This document shows positions 11,800 through 24,367 of a stretch of 64,000 nt of DNA, piece after piece. Position numbers and translations under genes: made by a program. The stretch comes from Eledone cirrhosa (taxonomy: Eukaryota): NCBI GenBank assembly GCA_964016885.1, contig OZ024764.1, positions 5,270,001-5,334,000 on the forward strand. Direction: 5' to 3'. Positions within the stretch are counted from its first letter, which is position 1; each line of letters opens with the position of its first letter. Below the pieces are notes generated by a model that was not told where the DNA came from, searched no databases, and was given only the letters and a program-made list of their open reading frames with translations.

Positions 11800-14580
11800 T
11801 GTAGCACAGCCTTTCAGATTCCATCTTTGCGCACAAGTCTACAGCAAGCTGGTTGAAGAGTACTCTTGCACGGTGGAACAGCAACGTAGTAAGTAAGGCA
11901 ATCAAAGATATGAAGATGGGGAAGGCAACCGGTCCATCGGGTATAGCTGCCGAGATGCTGAAGGCATCTGGGTCTGTAGGTCACACTATAACCACACGTA
12001 TTGTTAACCAGGTAATACTAGAAGGTGTCATACCAAAAGATTGGTGCAGTAGCATCATTGTCAACTGCTACAAAAGTAAAGGTGATGCACTAGATAGAGG
12101 AAACTATAGAGGTATAAAGCTGATGGACCAGGTCATGAAAGTAACAGAAAGAGTTATAGCACAGTTGAAGAGGCACCACTGATGCCCTCTTCCTTGTCAG
12201 GCAGTTACAGGAAAAGTACCTAGCTAAAAGTAAGCCACTCTACCTGGCATTTGTCGACCTTGAGAAAGCCTTTGACAGAGTTCCACGTGCTGTAATCTGG
12301 TGGGCTCTTAGAAAACTAGGAGTAGATGAATAGCTTGTGAAAGTGGTACAAGCCATGTATAGGGGAGCAGTCAGCAAAGTTAGGATTAGCAATGAGTATA
12401 GCGAGGAATTTAGCGTACAGGTTGGGGTCCATCAGGGCTCTGTTCTTAGCCCCCTCCTGTTCATCATTGTCCTGCAGGCAATAACGGAGGACTTTAAGAC
12501 CGGATGCCCATGGGAACTCCTGTATGCTGATGACCTCGCACTTATAGCTGAATCTATGGTAGAACTAGAGAAGAAATTCCAAACTTGGAAGCAGGAACTA
12601 GAAAGAAAGGGTCTCAAAGTCAACATGACAAAGACTAAGGTCCTTGTAAGTAGACGAGAAAACAGAACCCAGATCCCCTCAGGGAAATGGCCTTGCTCAG
12701 TATGTAGGAACTCCATTCTCTGCCCCAAATGCAAACAATGAGTACACAAGAGATGTAGCGGGATCTCAGGAAGCTTAATTAAGAATGTAGGCTTCACATG
12801 CAGCAGCTGTGCTGGGACAGCAAGCAGCAAACAGCCACAGGAAACAAGTACCACCAATCTCTGGGAGGGCTCTGTAGAAACAGTAGACAGCTTCTGCTAC
12901 CTAGGTGACCGAATTAGCAGCGGAGGTGGGTGTTCAGAAAGTACAATAACTAGGGTAAGAATGGAATGGAAGAAGTTTAGGGAACTACTATCACTGCTAG
13001 CTGCAAAAGGCTTCTCCCTCAAAATGAAAGGCAGACTGTATGATGCGTGTATCCGAACAGCGATGTTGCATGGTAGTGAGACCTGGGCTCTGAAGGTGGA
13101 AGACTTACGTAGATTAGAGAGAAACGAAGCCTGCATGCTCCGATGGATGTGTAACAGTAATATACGCGAACGACAAAGCATAAATGAATTGAGAGACTGA
13201 GCATAAGAGGAATCAAATGCTGTGTGCAGGAGAGGCGGTTGCGCTGGTATGGACATGTGATGCGTATGAAGGATGACAGCTGCATAAAAAGGTGCAGAGC
13301 ACTAGAAGTCGATGGAAACCGCGGAGTGGAGTGACCCAAGATGAGGAGAGAAAGAGTGTGAGAGAGAGAGAGTGAGATAAAGAGAGGGAGTGAAAGAGAG
13401 AAATAGAGGGATTGAGAGAGATACATTAAAACAATAACAGAAGGTCTGACTGGAGAATTTACTTTAGAATTTTAAGAGAAAAGAGGAAGGTTTCAGACTT
13501 CTGGAATTCCTTCACGAAAATGTCCTATATATCTGGAACACAAACTTCAAAAAATGAGACAACCACTTAATAACCTATAGATCATGTGAGCCCACCAGCT
13601 AGATAGATTTCATTGTTACCAGAAGACAGAGTGACTGTTATAAACACAATGTCCCTCCCTAGTGAAGAATGCACCTCCCAAAATACCTTAGAAGACAACC
13701 TGGAAGAAAAGAGTAGAGATCAAAATCAAAAGGTCTTAAAGTCAATTTGGTAAAGACTAAAGTTCTAGTAAGTAGAAAGGAAAACTGGGCCCAGATCTCT
13801 TCAGGTAAACTGTCCTGCTCAGTGTGCAGAAAAGGAGTAGGTAGAAATTCCCATCCTATGTCCCATATAGAAATGATGGGTACACAAAAGATGTTGTGGG
13901 ATCTCAGGGAGGCTAACAAAGAACGTAGCTTCTACATGTGGCCAATGAACAGGAGCAGTAAATAACAAGAACTCTCAGGTTACAATCTCCTTCAAATACC
14001 CAGAAGTCTCTGTAGAGGTGGTAGATAGTTTCTGTTACCTAGGTGACTAAATCAGCAGTGGAGTAGGGTGGTCCAAAAATTCAGTAACCAGAGTGAGATT
14101 AGATTGGAGAAAGTGCAGGGATCTACTACTACTGCAAACTACAAAACATTTTTCCATCAAAATGAAGGGCAGACTGTATGACGCAGGTATACAAACAACA
14201 ATGTTGCACAGCAGCGAGACCTGGGCACTGTGTGTAGAAGATCTGTAAAGATTGGAAAGAAATGAGCCTCCATGCTTCAATGGATGTGCCATAGTAATAT
14301 ATGCAAATGGCAAAACATAAATGTACTGTGAGAGGATTTAGGCATAAGAGGGATTAGATGCAGTGTGCAGGAGTGGGATTGTTTTGGTATAGACATGTGA
14401 TGTGTATGAAGGGTGACAGCTGTATAAAAAGGTGCCAAACGCACAAAGTTGACAGAGGCCGTGGAGTGGGCAGGTCTAGGAAGACTTGGGATGAGGTAAG
14501 GAAAGCTGACTTTGTACAATTACACCTAGCTAAGGCAATGACACAGGATGGTGACCTCTGGCGCTATGCACAATTATAGA
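11800..14580 (+). mobile_element. Two decayed RTE LINE fragments (~11800-13340 with YADD; ~13440-14580)
   Basis: GKATGPSGIAAEMLK, NYRGIKL, GVHQGSVLSP, LLYADDL, with multiple stops and frameshifts. Confidence 0.9.
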
Positions 14581-14782
14581 GGACTACATCCACAATCCAC
14601 CAGACATTTTCCCTACCAACACCCCACACAAGTTCCCAAACCTCACCATAAAGTGGTCCCGCTGCAGCCATGACAAACGTGTCCAGTCCACACTGTACAG
14701 TGGTCTTGTAGGTGTCTTGCCAAAAATCAATATTGGGCCTTAAAACCTTGAGTCCCTTTTGTTCTGTGTATGAACATAAATA

Positions 14783-15117
14783 ATTGTTTCTAGTTTTGGC
14801 ACAAGGCCAGCAATTATCCAGTGCATTACTGGTACTTTATTTTATCGACCCCGTAAGGATGAAAAGCAAAGTTAACCTCGGCGGGATTTGAACTCAGATC
14901 ATACAAGGAGGTAACTATGCTTCAAAGCATGGCGTCCGACTCTCTACCGATACTGCCAATCCACCGCCTGAACATAAATAAATAATTGGTTCTACTTTAG
15001 GCACAAGGCCAGCAATTACCTAGTACATTACTGGTACTTTATTTTATCGACTCCGTAAGGATGAAAGGCAAAGTCAACCTCGGAGGGATTTGAACTCAGA
15101 TCGGAAAGGGACGTAAC
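14783..15117 (-). mobile_element. Two tandem tRNA-like SINE copies (copies ~28461-28795, ~43843-44177, ~60086-60420)
   Basis: Minus-strand A box TGGCAGTATCGG and B box GAGTTCAAATCC. Inserted in the aacataaataa motif upstream of the 42-nt exons. Confidence 0.75.
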
Positions 15118-15197
15118 TAAATAAATAATGTAGTATATATATATATATTTGTGTGTGTATCTATTTATATATTTAAGTATATTTTTTGTAATCACAG

Positions 15198-15239
15198 GAC
15201 TGATACAGAGGAGGGTACCGCTCCAGAAAATAATGACGA
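15198..15239 (+). CDS. Candidate micro-exon, 42 nt, phase 2-2: TDTEEGTAPENND
   Basis: attttttgtaatcacAG|gact...gacga|GTAAGT. Phase 0 is closed. Confidence 0.72.
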
Positions 15240-15551
15240 GTAAGTTTTACATACTATCTAACCATTATTCTATCTGTTCCTTCCCGTCTCTCTCTCTCTT
15301 TATATATATATATATATATATAGTAAGGTGTATTACTGGTTGTGTAAAACGGTCCAATAAATTTTTGTTAGCAATATTAAGTCTCCACGCTTTTGTATAT
15401 CTCCAATTCCATTCAAGGGAACAGCTAGATGATGTAAAACGGAGTATTTCTATCAAAATGAAAATCCGAAGGCAAGGTAAAATTTCCAATCATTTTAATC
15501 ACATCGTGATTAAAATGATTGGAAATCTTACCTTCCTTTGGATTTTCATTT

Positions 15552-15596
<45 letters not shown>

Positions 15597-15815
15597 TAAG
15601 TTAAAAATGTACATTTACATATGCATACTGAAATACTAGTGTGTATATGAATACACACACGTATACATATGTAGGTGTAACAAGTCTTTCACTGGTTGCT
15701 TTACTGTGAGCAACCCAGCTATTCCGTATGTAAACACACAGACAAACCGGTTTTTAGAGTCATACTGGTTTTCGGGGGAACACCTTCCCTCTATTCTCCA
15801 GAAAGTCAGACAAGG

Positions 15816-15860
15816 AATATTGAACTAGTTTCGTTGTTGTTACAACTCATCAGCAATATT
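15816..15860 (-). ncRNA. Minimal type I hammerhead ribozyme motif
   Basis: Reverse complement of the 16546-16590 motif. Confidence 0.75.
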
Positions 15861-16545
15861 TACCTATCTACCGGCCCCTCTGGAGAATTGTAAAAGCACA
15901 TATCGTTATATGCTTTTTCTATGAAAATTAGTAGTGGGCAGACTAATTTGCATAGAGTGTGAGTACGCACCGGTTCAGCGGAGACGATAAAAACAAATAA
16001 CAAAACGAAATTAAATTTCGTTTCGTTTGTAACTCACTTTTGTATGACTGACGCTTAAACAATTAAGTTAAAAATGTACATCTACATATGCATACTGAAA
16101 TACTAGTGTGTATATGAATACACACACGTATACATATGTAGGTGTAACAAGTCTTTCACTGGTTGCTTTACTGTGAGCAACCCAGCTATTTTGTATGTAA
16201 ACACACAGACAAACCGGTAGCTGGGTTGCTCACAGTAAAGCAACCAGTGAAAGACTTGTTACACCTACATATGTATACGTGTGTGTATTCATATACACAC
16301 TAGTATTTCAGTATGCATATGTAGATGTACATTTTTAACTTAATTATTTAAGCGTCAGTCATACAAAAGTGAGTTACAAACGAAACAAAATTTAATTTCG
16401 TTTTGTTATTTGTTTTTATCGTCTCCGCTGAACCGGTGCGTACTCACACTCTATGCAAATTAGTCTGCCCACTACTAATTTTCATAGAAAAAGCATATAA
16501 CGATATGTGCTTTTACAATTCTCCAGAGGGGCCGGTAGATAGGTA

Positions 16546-16590
16546 AATATTGCTGATGAGTTGTAACAACAACGAAACTAGTTCAATATT
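16546..16590 (+). ncRNA. Minimal type I hammerhead ribozyme motif
   Basis: AATATTG-CTGATGA-GTTG(taacaa)CAAC-GAAA-CTAG-TT-CAATATT: 7-bp stem I, intact core, 4-bp stem II, palindromic minimal stem III and a GUU cleavage triplet. Confidence 0.78.
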
Positions 16591-17012
16591 CCTTGTCTGG
16601 CTTTCTGGAGAATAGAGGGAAGGTGTTCCCCCGAAAACCAGTATGACTCTAAAAACCGGTTTGTCTGTGTGTTTACATACAAAATAGCTGGGTTGCTCAC
16701 AGTAAAGCAACCAGTGAAAGACTTGTTACACCTACATATGTATACGTGTGTGTATTCATATACACACTAGTATTTCAGTATGCATATGTAGATGTACATT
16801 TTTAACTTAATTGTTTAAGCGTCAGTCATACAAAAGTGAGTTACAAACGAAACGAAATTTAATTTCGTTTTGTTATTTGTTTTTATCGTCTCCGCTGAAC
16901 CGGTGCGTACTCACACTCTATGCAAATTAGTCTGCCCACTACTAATTTTCATAGAAAAAGCATATAACGATATGTGCTTTTACAATTCTCCAGAGGGGCC
17001 GGTAGATAGGTA

Positions 17013-17057
17013 AATATTGCTGATGAGTTGTAACAACAACGAAACTAGTTCAATATT
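17013..17057 (+). ncRNA. Minimal type I hammerhead ribozyme motif (467 bp after the previous copy)
   Basis: Identical to 16546-16590. Confidence 0.78.
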
Positions 17058-17389
17058 CCTTGTCTGGCTTTCTGGAGAATAGAGGGAAGGTGTTCCCCCG
17101 AAAACCAGTATGACTCTAAAAACCGGTTTGTCTGTGTGTTTACATACGGAATAGCTGGGTTGCTCACAGTAAAGCAACCAGTGAAAGACTTGTTACACCT
17201 ACATATGTATACGTGTGTGTATTCATATACACACTAGTATTTCAGTATGCATATGTAGATGTACATTTTTAACTTAATTGTTTAAGCGTCAGTCATACAA
17301 AAGTGAGTTACAAACGAAACGAAATTTAATTTCGTTTTGTTATTTGTTTTTATATATATATATATATATATATGACTCTGTCTCTTATA

Positions 17390-17657
17390 AACCACGTTGG
17401 CTATTATGACACTCTCTCCAACACAGAGAGCTATGTTGGCTAATATGACTATCTCTCTCTATGTTGGCTATTATGACTCTCTCTCTCTCTCTCTCTCCCT
17501 CCCTCTCTATGTTGGCTAATATGACTCTCTCTCTCCCTCTCTATGTTGGCTATTATGACTCTCTCTCTCTCTATGTTGGCTATAATGACTCTCTCTCTCT
17601 CTATGTTGGCTATAATGACTCTCTCTCTCTCTATGTTGGCTATTATGTCTCTCTCTG
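17390..17657. repeat. Compound minisatellite tatgttggctattatga(ct)n (copies ~29270-29540, ~44695-44932, ~60950-61160)
   Basis: Direct reading. Copy number and CT length vary among units. Confidence 0.9.
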
Positions 17658-18010
17658 TTCAAGGTTTATGAAGTTAGATGAACATCTTCAAAGTCCTCCC
17701 ATATTCGCCTCGTCTAATATGCGTTCTTGTACCTGATTATTTCCCCCAAATCTCCTGGGATGTTATAAACCATGATGGCTACCTATCTCACAATTTCTCT
17801 CCTGCCCACCCCCTCATACCACCATAGTCTATTCGACCAATCAAACCTCAGAAACATGTCCCCACCCATTACCAACCCCAACAAACTGCCATTACTACTA
17901 CTTCTACTTTTCTTCTAGCCCTTACCAGCCCCAACAAACCCTGACATTATTACTACTATTGTCCTTCTAGCCATGGGCTGAGGATAAATGGGGCTACCCC
18001 AAATTAATAA

Positions 18011-19050
18011 ATGAATATGAATCCGCAAGTTACCAAGCACCCATGCAAAGCTTTAATTCAGAGACAGGAAGCATACACACCCCACTGCAAAAATTCACCC
18101 TTTACCACGAATGGTGGCAAATGCCCAAAACTCCGAGTTGGAACCATCAATGTAAGCACAATGAAAGGAAGAGCAGGAGAAATTGTAGAGATGCTAGAGC
18201 GAAAGAAAATTGATGTATGCTGTGTGCAAGAGACTAGATGGAGAGCAGAGTCCGCTGGAGTCCTTGCAGGCAGAAGTCAGTGCTACCAATTTGTCTGGGT
18301 AGCAAATGACAACAGGATGGGAGGTGTAGCTATCCTATTAGCTGACAAATGGGTAGATAAGGTAATCTCAGTGAACAGGGTGAATGCAAGAATAATGAAA
18401 CTTGGACTAGTCCTGAATAAAACAATTGCCACAATAATATCAGCTTACGCACCCCAATTGGGGTTGCCAGCTGACTATAGCGGGGAATTTAGTTTAGAGG
18501 TCGGTGTCCACCAGGGCTCTGTTCTTAGCCCACTCCTGTTCGTTAAAGTATTGCAAGCAATAATGGCGGTGATTATGACCGGATGCCCATGGGAACTCCT
18601 ATATGCGGATCATCTCACACTTATAGCCGAATCTATGGTGGAACTATACTTGCTCAGTATGTAGGAAAGGAGTAGGCTGGCTGCAAAAGGTTTTCCCCTC
18701 AAAATGAAAAGCAGACTGTATGATGTGGGTATACGAATAGCAATGTTACATAGTAGTGAAACCTGGGCGCCGTCTGTGGAAGACTTGCATAGATTAGAAA
18801 GAAACGAAGCCTGCATGCTCCGATGGATGTGTAATAGTAATATACGCAAACGGCAAAGCATAAATGAATTGAGAGAGTGACTGAGCATAAGAGGAATGAA
18901 ATGCTGTGTGCAGGAGAGGATGTTGCATTGGACATGTGATGCGTATGAAGGATGACAGCTGTATAAAAAGGTGTAGAGCAGTAGAAGTCGATGGAAGCCG
19001 TGGAGTGGGGAGACCCAAGAAGAGCTGGGATGAGGTGATAAAAGCCGGAC
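18011..19050 (+). mobile_element. Deleted RTE LINE copy (unit 2)
   Basis: Near-identical to 24-1050. Confidence 0.9.
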
Positions 19051-19476
19051 TCACTGTAAATGAGGTTGGTGTTAGGAAGGGCATCCAGCTGTAGGAATCA
19101 AGCCAGAATCAGTTCCTGTATGAGCAAGACAAGGTCAGCTGAACAGACACTGCCCACAACAGGACAACCCGTCTAACCCATGCTTGCGTGGAAGAATGGA
19201 CGTAAAACAGTGATGAAGATGATATATCATATATGCTAGTGTACTATTTGACATTTGGAGCCTAAAAATATCTCTCCAAAACCAGGGGTCGACTTGTCTG
19301 CTGAATATAGTATGTTACCTTTACCACTGAGGGGTAAACAGTGAAACTGCCTGCCTAACACTTGTTGTACACCACTTACCATAACTCTAGCAACCCACCA
19401 CATTTATTTCTACTGAATCTCATATTTGTTAAGTTTAACGTAGAGATTATAGTAATATCAATGTCTTGCTGTAGCT

Positions 19477-20840
19477 TATAGGGTAGGTTACCATAGGGCA
19501 GGTTACTGTAGGGTAGGATACTGTCTGGTAGGTTACCATAGGGTAGGTTACTGTAGGGTAGGTTACTGTAGTGTAGGTTACTGTAGGGTAGGTTACTATA
19601 GGGTAGGTTACTGTAGGGTAGATTACTCTAGGCTAGGTTACCATAGGGTAGGTTACTGTAGTGTAGGTTACCATAGGGTAGGTTACCACAGAGTAGGTGA
19701 CCATAGGGTATGTTATTATAGGGTAGGTAACTGTAGGTTAGGTTACTGTAGGGTAGGTTACCTTATGGTAAGTTACTATAGGGTAGGTTACCATAGTGTA
19801 GGTTACCTTATGGTAAGTTACTATAGGGTAGGTTACCATAGGGTAGGTTACCTTATGGTAGGTTACTTTATGGTAAGTTACTATAGGGTAGGTTACCATA
19901 GGGTAGGTTACCTTATGGTAAGTTACTATAGGGTAGGTTACCATAGTGTAGGTTACCTTATGGTAAGTTACTATAGGGTAGGTTACCATAGGGTAGGTTA
20001 CCTTAGTGTAGGTAAGAATAGGGTAGGTTACCATAGGTTAGGTTACTGTAGGGTAGGTTAGCATAAGGTAGGTTACCATAGGGTAGGTTACTGTAGGGTA
20101 GGTTACCATAGGGTAGGTTACTGTAGGTAGGTTACCGTAGGTTAGGTTACTGTAGGGTAGGTTAACATAGGGTTGGTTACCATAGGTTAAGTTCATATAG
20201 GTTGTTACCATATGGTAGGTTACTGTAGGGTAGGTTGCTATAGGGTAGGTTATCGTAGAGTAGGTTACCATAAGGTAGGTTACCGTAGGGTAGGTTACTA
20301 TAGGGTAGGGTATCATAGGATAGGTTACCATAAGGCAGGTTACCATAGAGTAGGTTACCTTAGGGTAGTTTACTATAAGATAGGTTACCATAGTGTAGCT
20401 TACCATAGGGTAGGTTGTTACCATAGGCAAGGTTACTATAGGGTGGGTTACCATAGGGTAGTTTATGATATGGTTGGTTACCATAGTGTAGGTTACTATA
20501 ACATAGGTTACCATAGTGTAGGATACCTTAGATTAGGTTACCACAGGATAGGTTACTGTAGGTTAGGTTACCATAGGTTAGGTTAGCAATGGGTAGGTTA
20601 CTATAGGTTGTTACCATAAGGTAGGTTACTGTATGGTGGGTTACCATAGGGTAGGGTACCATAAAGTAGGTTATTATAGTGTAGGTTACCTTAGGATAGG
20701 TAACCATAGGGTAGGTTACTATGGGGTAAGTTACCATAGGGTAGGTTCCCATAGGGTAGGTTAACATAAGCTAGGTTACCTCAGGGTAGGTTACCATACC
20801 ATAAAGTAGGTTACCATAGGTTTGTTAAGGTTAGGCTAGG
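19477..20840. repeat. 15-bp minisatellite (second block in this unit at ~22306-22837)
   Basis: Direct reading. Confidence 0.97.
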
Positions 20841-21073
20841 CTGGTCTACTCGGTGAGTTAAAACTCACTTGTGACTGTAGTGTTTTAGAAGTGTCTCAAT
20901 CTTTCATGCACCACTAAATTTTTTAACTATTTCCCCTGAAACTGCCTTATTTTTGGGGGTCATCTTATCAATCGAATAGCGTCCTAAATCTAAATTATAC
21001 TTCAGAATTTTAGGGGCCGACTTATGTACCGGATAGACTTGTACACCGGCATATATGGTATATATATATATAT

Positions 21074-21412
21074 GCATGGAGGCACATGGCTTAGTGGTTA
21101 GAGCATTGGTCATGCAATCGAAAGGTTGTGAGTTCAATTCTCAGACCGGGTGATGTGTTGGTTCCTTGAGCAAGACACTTTATTTCACATTGCTCCAGTT
21201 TACTCAGCTGTAGAAATGAGATGATAGGGACTGGGGTCCCTATCATTCCACTGCAAAGTGGTCGTGGAGGTGCCACGGCAAAAAAAGCACCCAGCACTCA
21301 CTGTAAATGAGGTTGGTGACAGGAAGGGCATACAGCTGTAGAAATCAAGCCAGAATCAGTTCCCGTCCCGCCCTTGCAAGCAGGGAAAAGTGGACGTAAA
21401 ATGAAATGATGA
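21074..21412 (+). mobile_element. tRNA-derived SINE with an RTE-like 3' tail (copies ~32861-33200 and ~48453-48790)
   Basis: A box TGGCTTAGTGG, B box GAGTTCAATTC and tail ...gtggacgtaaaatgaaatgatga. Confidence 0.8.
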
Positions 21413-21439
21413 AAGAGAGATAGAGAGAAAGAGAGGGAG

Positions 21440-22306
21440 TGAGAGAGATACATTAAAACAATAACAGAAGGTCTGACTGGAGAATTTACTTTAGAATTCC
21501 TTCACGGAAATGTCTTATTTATCTGTAACACAAACTTCAAAAAACAAGACAACCACTTAATAACCGATAGATCAAGTGAGCCCTCCAGCTAGATAGATTT
21601 CATTGTTACCAGAAGACAGAGTGACTGTTATAAACACAAAGTCCCTCCCTAGTGAAGAATGCACCTCCCAAAATACCTTAGAATACAACCTGGAAGAAAA
21701 GAGTATAGATCAAAATCAAAAGGTCTTAAAGTCAATTTGGTAAAGACTAAAGTTCTAGTAAGTAGAAAGGAAAACAGGGCCCAGATCTCTTCAGGTAAAC
21801 TGTCCTGCTCAGTGTGCAGAAAAGGAGTAGGTAGAAATTCCATCCTATGTCCCATATAGAAATGATGGGTACACAAAAGATGTCGTGGGATCTCAGGGAG
21901 GCTAACAAAGAACGTAGCTTCTACATGTGGCCAGTGAACAGGGGCAGGAAATATCAAGAGCTCTCGAGTTACAATCTCCTTCAAATGCCCAGAAGTCTCT
22001 GCAGAGGTGGTAGATAGTTTCTGTTACTTAGGTGACTAAATCAGCAGTGGAGGAGGGTGGTCCAAAAACTCAGTAACAAGAGTGAGATTAGATTGGAGAA
22101 AGTGCAGGGATCTACTACTACTGCTAACTACAAAACATTTTTCCATCAAAATGAAGGGCAGACTGTATGATGCAGGTATACAAACAACAATGTTGCACAG
22201 CAGCGAGACCTGGGCACTGTGTGTAGAAGATCTGTAAAGATTGGAAAGAAATGAAGCCTCCATGCTTCAATGGATGTGCCATAGTAATATATGCAAATGG
22301 CAAAAC
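21440..22306 (+). mobile_element. Decayed RTE fragment cut by the 15-bp satellite (copies ~33230-34093 and ~48820-49685)
   Basis: Homologous to 13440-14320 and ends at ggcaaaacata|ggttacc. Confidence 0.85.
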
Positions 22307-22984
22307 ATAGGTTACCATTGGGTAGGTTACTGTAGGGTAGGGTACCATAGGGTGGGTTACCATAGCGTAGGTTACTGAATGGTAGGTTACATTTCGTTAG
22401 GTTACTGTAGGGTAGGTTACCATAGGGTAGGTTACCATAGGGTGGGTTACCATAGGGTAGGTTATTGTAGGGTAGGTTACCATAGGGTAGTTATGTAGGG
22501 TAGGTTACCATAGTGTAGGTTATGTAGGGTAGGTTACCATAGAGTAGGATACTGTAGGGTAGGTTACCATAGGGTAGTTATGTAGGGTAGGTTACCATAG
22601 TGTAGGTTACTGTAGGGTAGGTTACCATAGAGTAGGATACTGTAGGGTAGGTTACCATAGGTTATGTCACTGTAGGGTAGGTTACCATAGGGTAGGTTAT
22701 TATAGGGTAGGTTACCATAGGTTAGGTTACTATAGGGTTGGTTGCCATAGGGTATGTTACCATAGGGTAGGTTACTATAAGGTAGGTTACCATACCATAG
22801 GTTAGGTTACCATATGTTTGTTAAGGTTAGGCTAGGCTGGTTTACTCGGTGAGTTAAAACTCACTTGCGACTGTAGTGTTTTAGAAGAAGTGTCTTAATC
22901 TTTAGTGCGCCACTAAATTTTTTAACTATTTCCCCTGAAACTGCCTTATTTTTTGGGTGTCGTCTTATGAATCGAATAGTGTCG

Positions 22985-23928
22985 TATAGGACTATCTGGC
23001 ATGTTTTCTATGGCTGGATGCCCTTCCTAACACCAACCACGTTTACAGTGTGGAGACTGGGAGGTTTTTACCATGTTAACTACACGGCCAATTTACAGCG
23101 TGGACTGTGTGTTTTATTGTCATGACACCTACACAACCTCATTTATTTAGGACTGGATGTTGTGTGACCAACATAATTTAACAGAGATGGGGGTGGGAGT
23201 AGTGGGCTGGGGGCGTATATTTGGTTAAGAGGTGCCTACTGACTGTAGGTTTCGCTTTGTACTTAGGCAAGGGTGGTCTTCTGTATTACTGCGTAGCGCC
23301 AAAGATCTCGGTTCAGTGACATTGTCTTGGAGAGGTGTAAGTGTGTGAGATCGGAATTTATCAATTCGTCCCAGGGTTTTCTGGGTCTGCCTACTCCGTG
23401 GCTACCATCTATTTTGATCGCCCTGCACTTTTTTATACAGCTGTCGTCTTTCATGCGCATCACGTGACCATACCAACGTAGTCTTCTCTCGAGTAAACAA
23501 CATCTGATCCCTCTTATTCCTAATTTCTCACTTAGTTCATTTATGCTTTGCCGTTCACGTATATTACTATTACACATCCAGCGGAGCATGCAAACTTCAT
23601 TCCTCTCCAGTCTGCGTATATCCTCTGCACACAATGCCCAAGTCTCACTGCCATGTAACATTGTTGTTCGTATGCAGGCATCATACAGCCTGCCTTTCAT
23701 TTTTAGAGAGAACCCTTTAGCGGCCAATCGTACAATGAAAAGAGCGTCTGTGATACTTTTACCTGACACAAACCCAAACTGCATTTCATCTAGATCAATT
23801 CTCTCTCTGATTAGTTGCGCTATTACTTTTTCTGTGACCCTCATGAACTGGTCAATTAATTTAATGCCTCTATAGTTTCCCCTATCTAGGGCATCTCCTT
23901 TACCCTTGTAGCAGTTAATGATGATGAT
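22985..23928 (-). mobile_element. Internally deleted RTE fragment (copies ~34773-35716 and ~50247-51190)
   Basis: Derivative of 4620-6470 lacking the RT core (LFIVR joined to LAAKGF). Confidence 0.85.
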
Positions 23929-24337
23929 ATATATATAAAAGAAATAGGATTTCGCTTCAAGCATATCTTTATACAATATGTATAAATATTTTGTATCTCC
24001 AAAGAAATACGGTTTTAGGAAGCCTTAGCTCTGCAAACCCTGGGGGGCTAACATCCTCTGGTGATGTCCAGCAGAAGCAAAGGGGACAACCGTCTATGCA
24101 TTTCAGGCTTAACTGGCCATCGTCAGGACAGTCCCTCCCACTGCTTGCGACTGCTGGCCAGTTAAGCATGAAATGCATAGACGGTTGTCCCCCTTGCTTC
24201 TGCTGGACATCACCAGAGGCCTTGAAACCCTAAGTCCCTTTTGTTCTGTGTATGAACAGAAATAAATAATGTAATATATATATATATGTATGTGTGTGTA
24301 TCTATTTATATATTTAACTATATTTTTCTCATTACAG

Positions 24338-24367
24338 GATATGCTTCACTAATATAAAGAAATTGAT
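24338..24367 (+). CDS. Candidate micro-exon, 30 nt, phase 2-2: ICFTNIKKL
   Basis: tatttttctcattacAG|gata...ttgat|GTAAGT. Phases 0 and 1 both contain TAA, so only phase 2 is open. Confidence 0.75.

Larger units (their letters stand above)
15592..17351. mobile_element. Hammerhead-containing 467-bp tandem/inverted repeat insertion (Penelope-like pLTR or non-LTR retrozyme-like) within (TA)n
   Basis: About 1.3 monomers in one orientation (15592-16217), then about 2.4 monomers inverted (16218-17351). Flanked by TA tracts. Absent from the equivalent TA tracts at ~29240, ~44640 and ~60920. Confidence 0.85.

Noticed and set aside
15696-17177. 65-aa MLYCEQ ORF in three copies
   Set aside because: It has a non-ATG start, lies antisense to the hammerhead and has no recognisable motif. 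It only marks the 467-bp monomer.
21080-21150. tRNA gene
   Set aside because: A and B boxes are present but there is no full cloverleaf, and the sequence continues into a SINE body and LINE-like tail.
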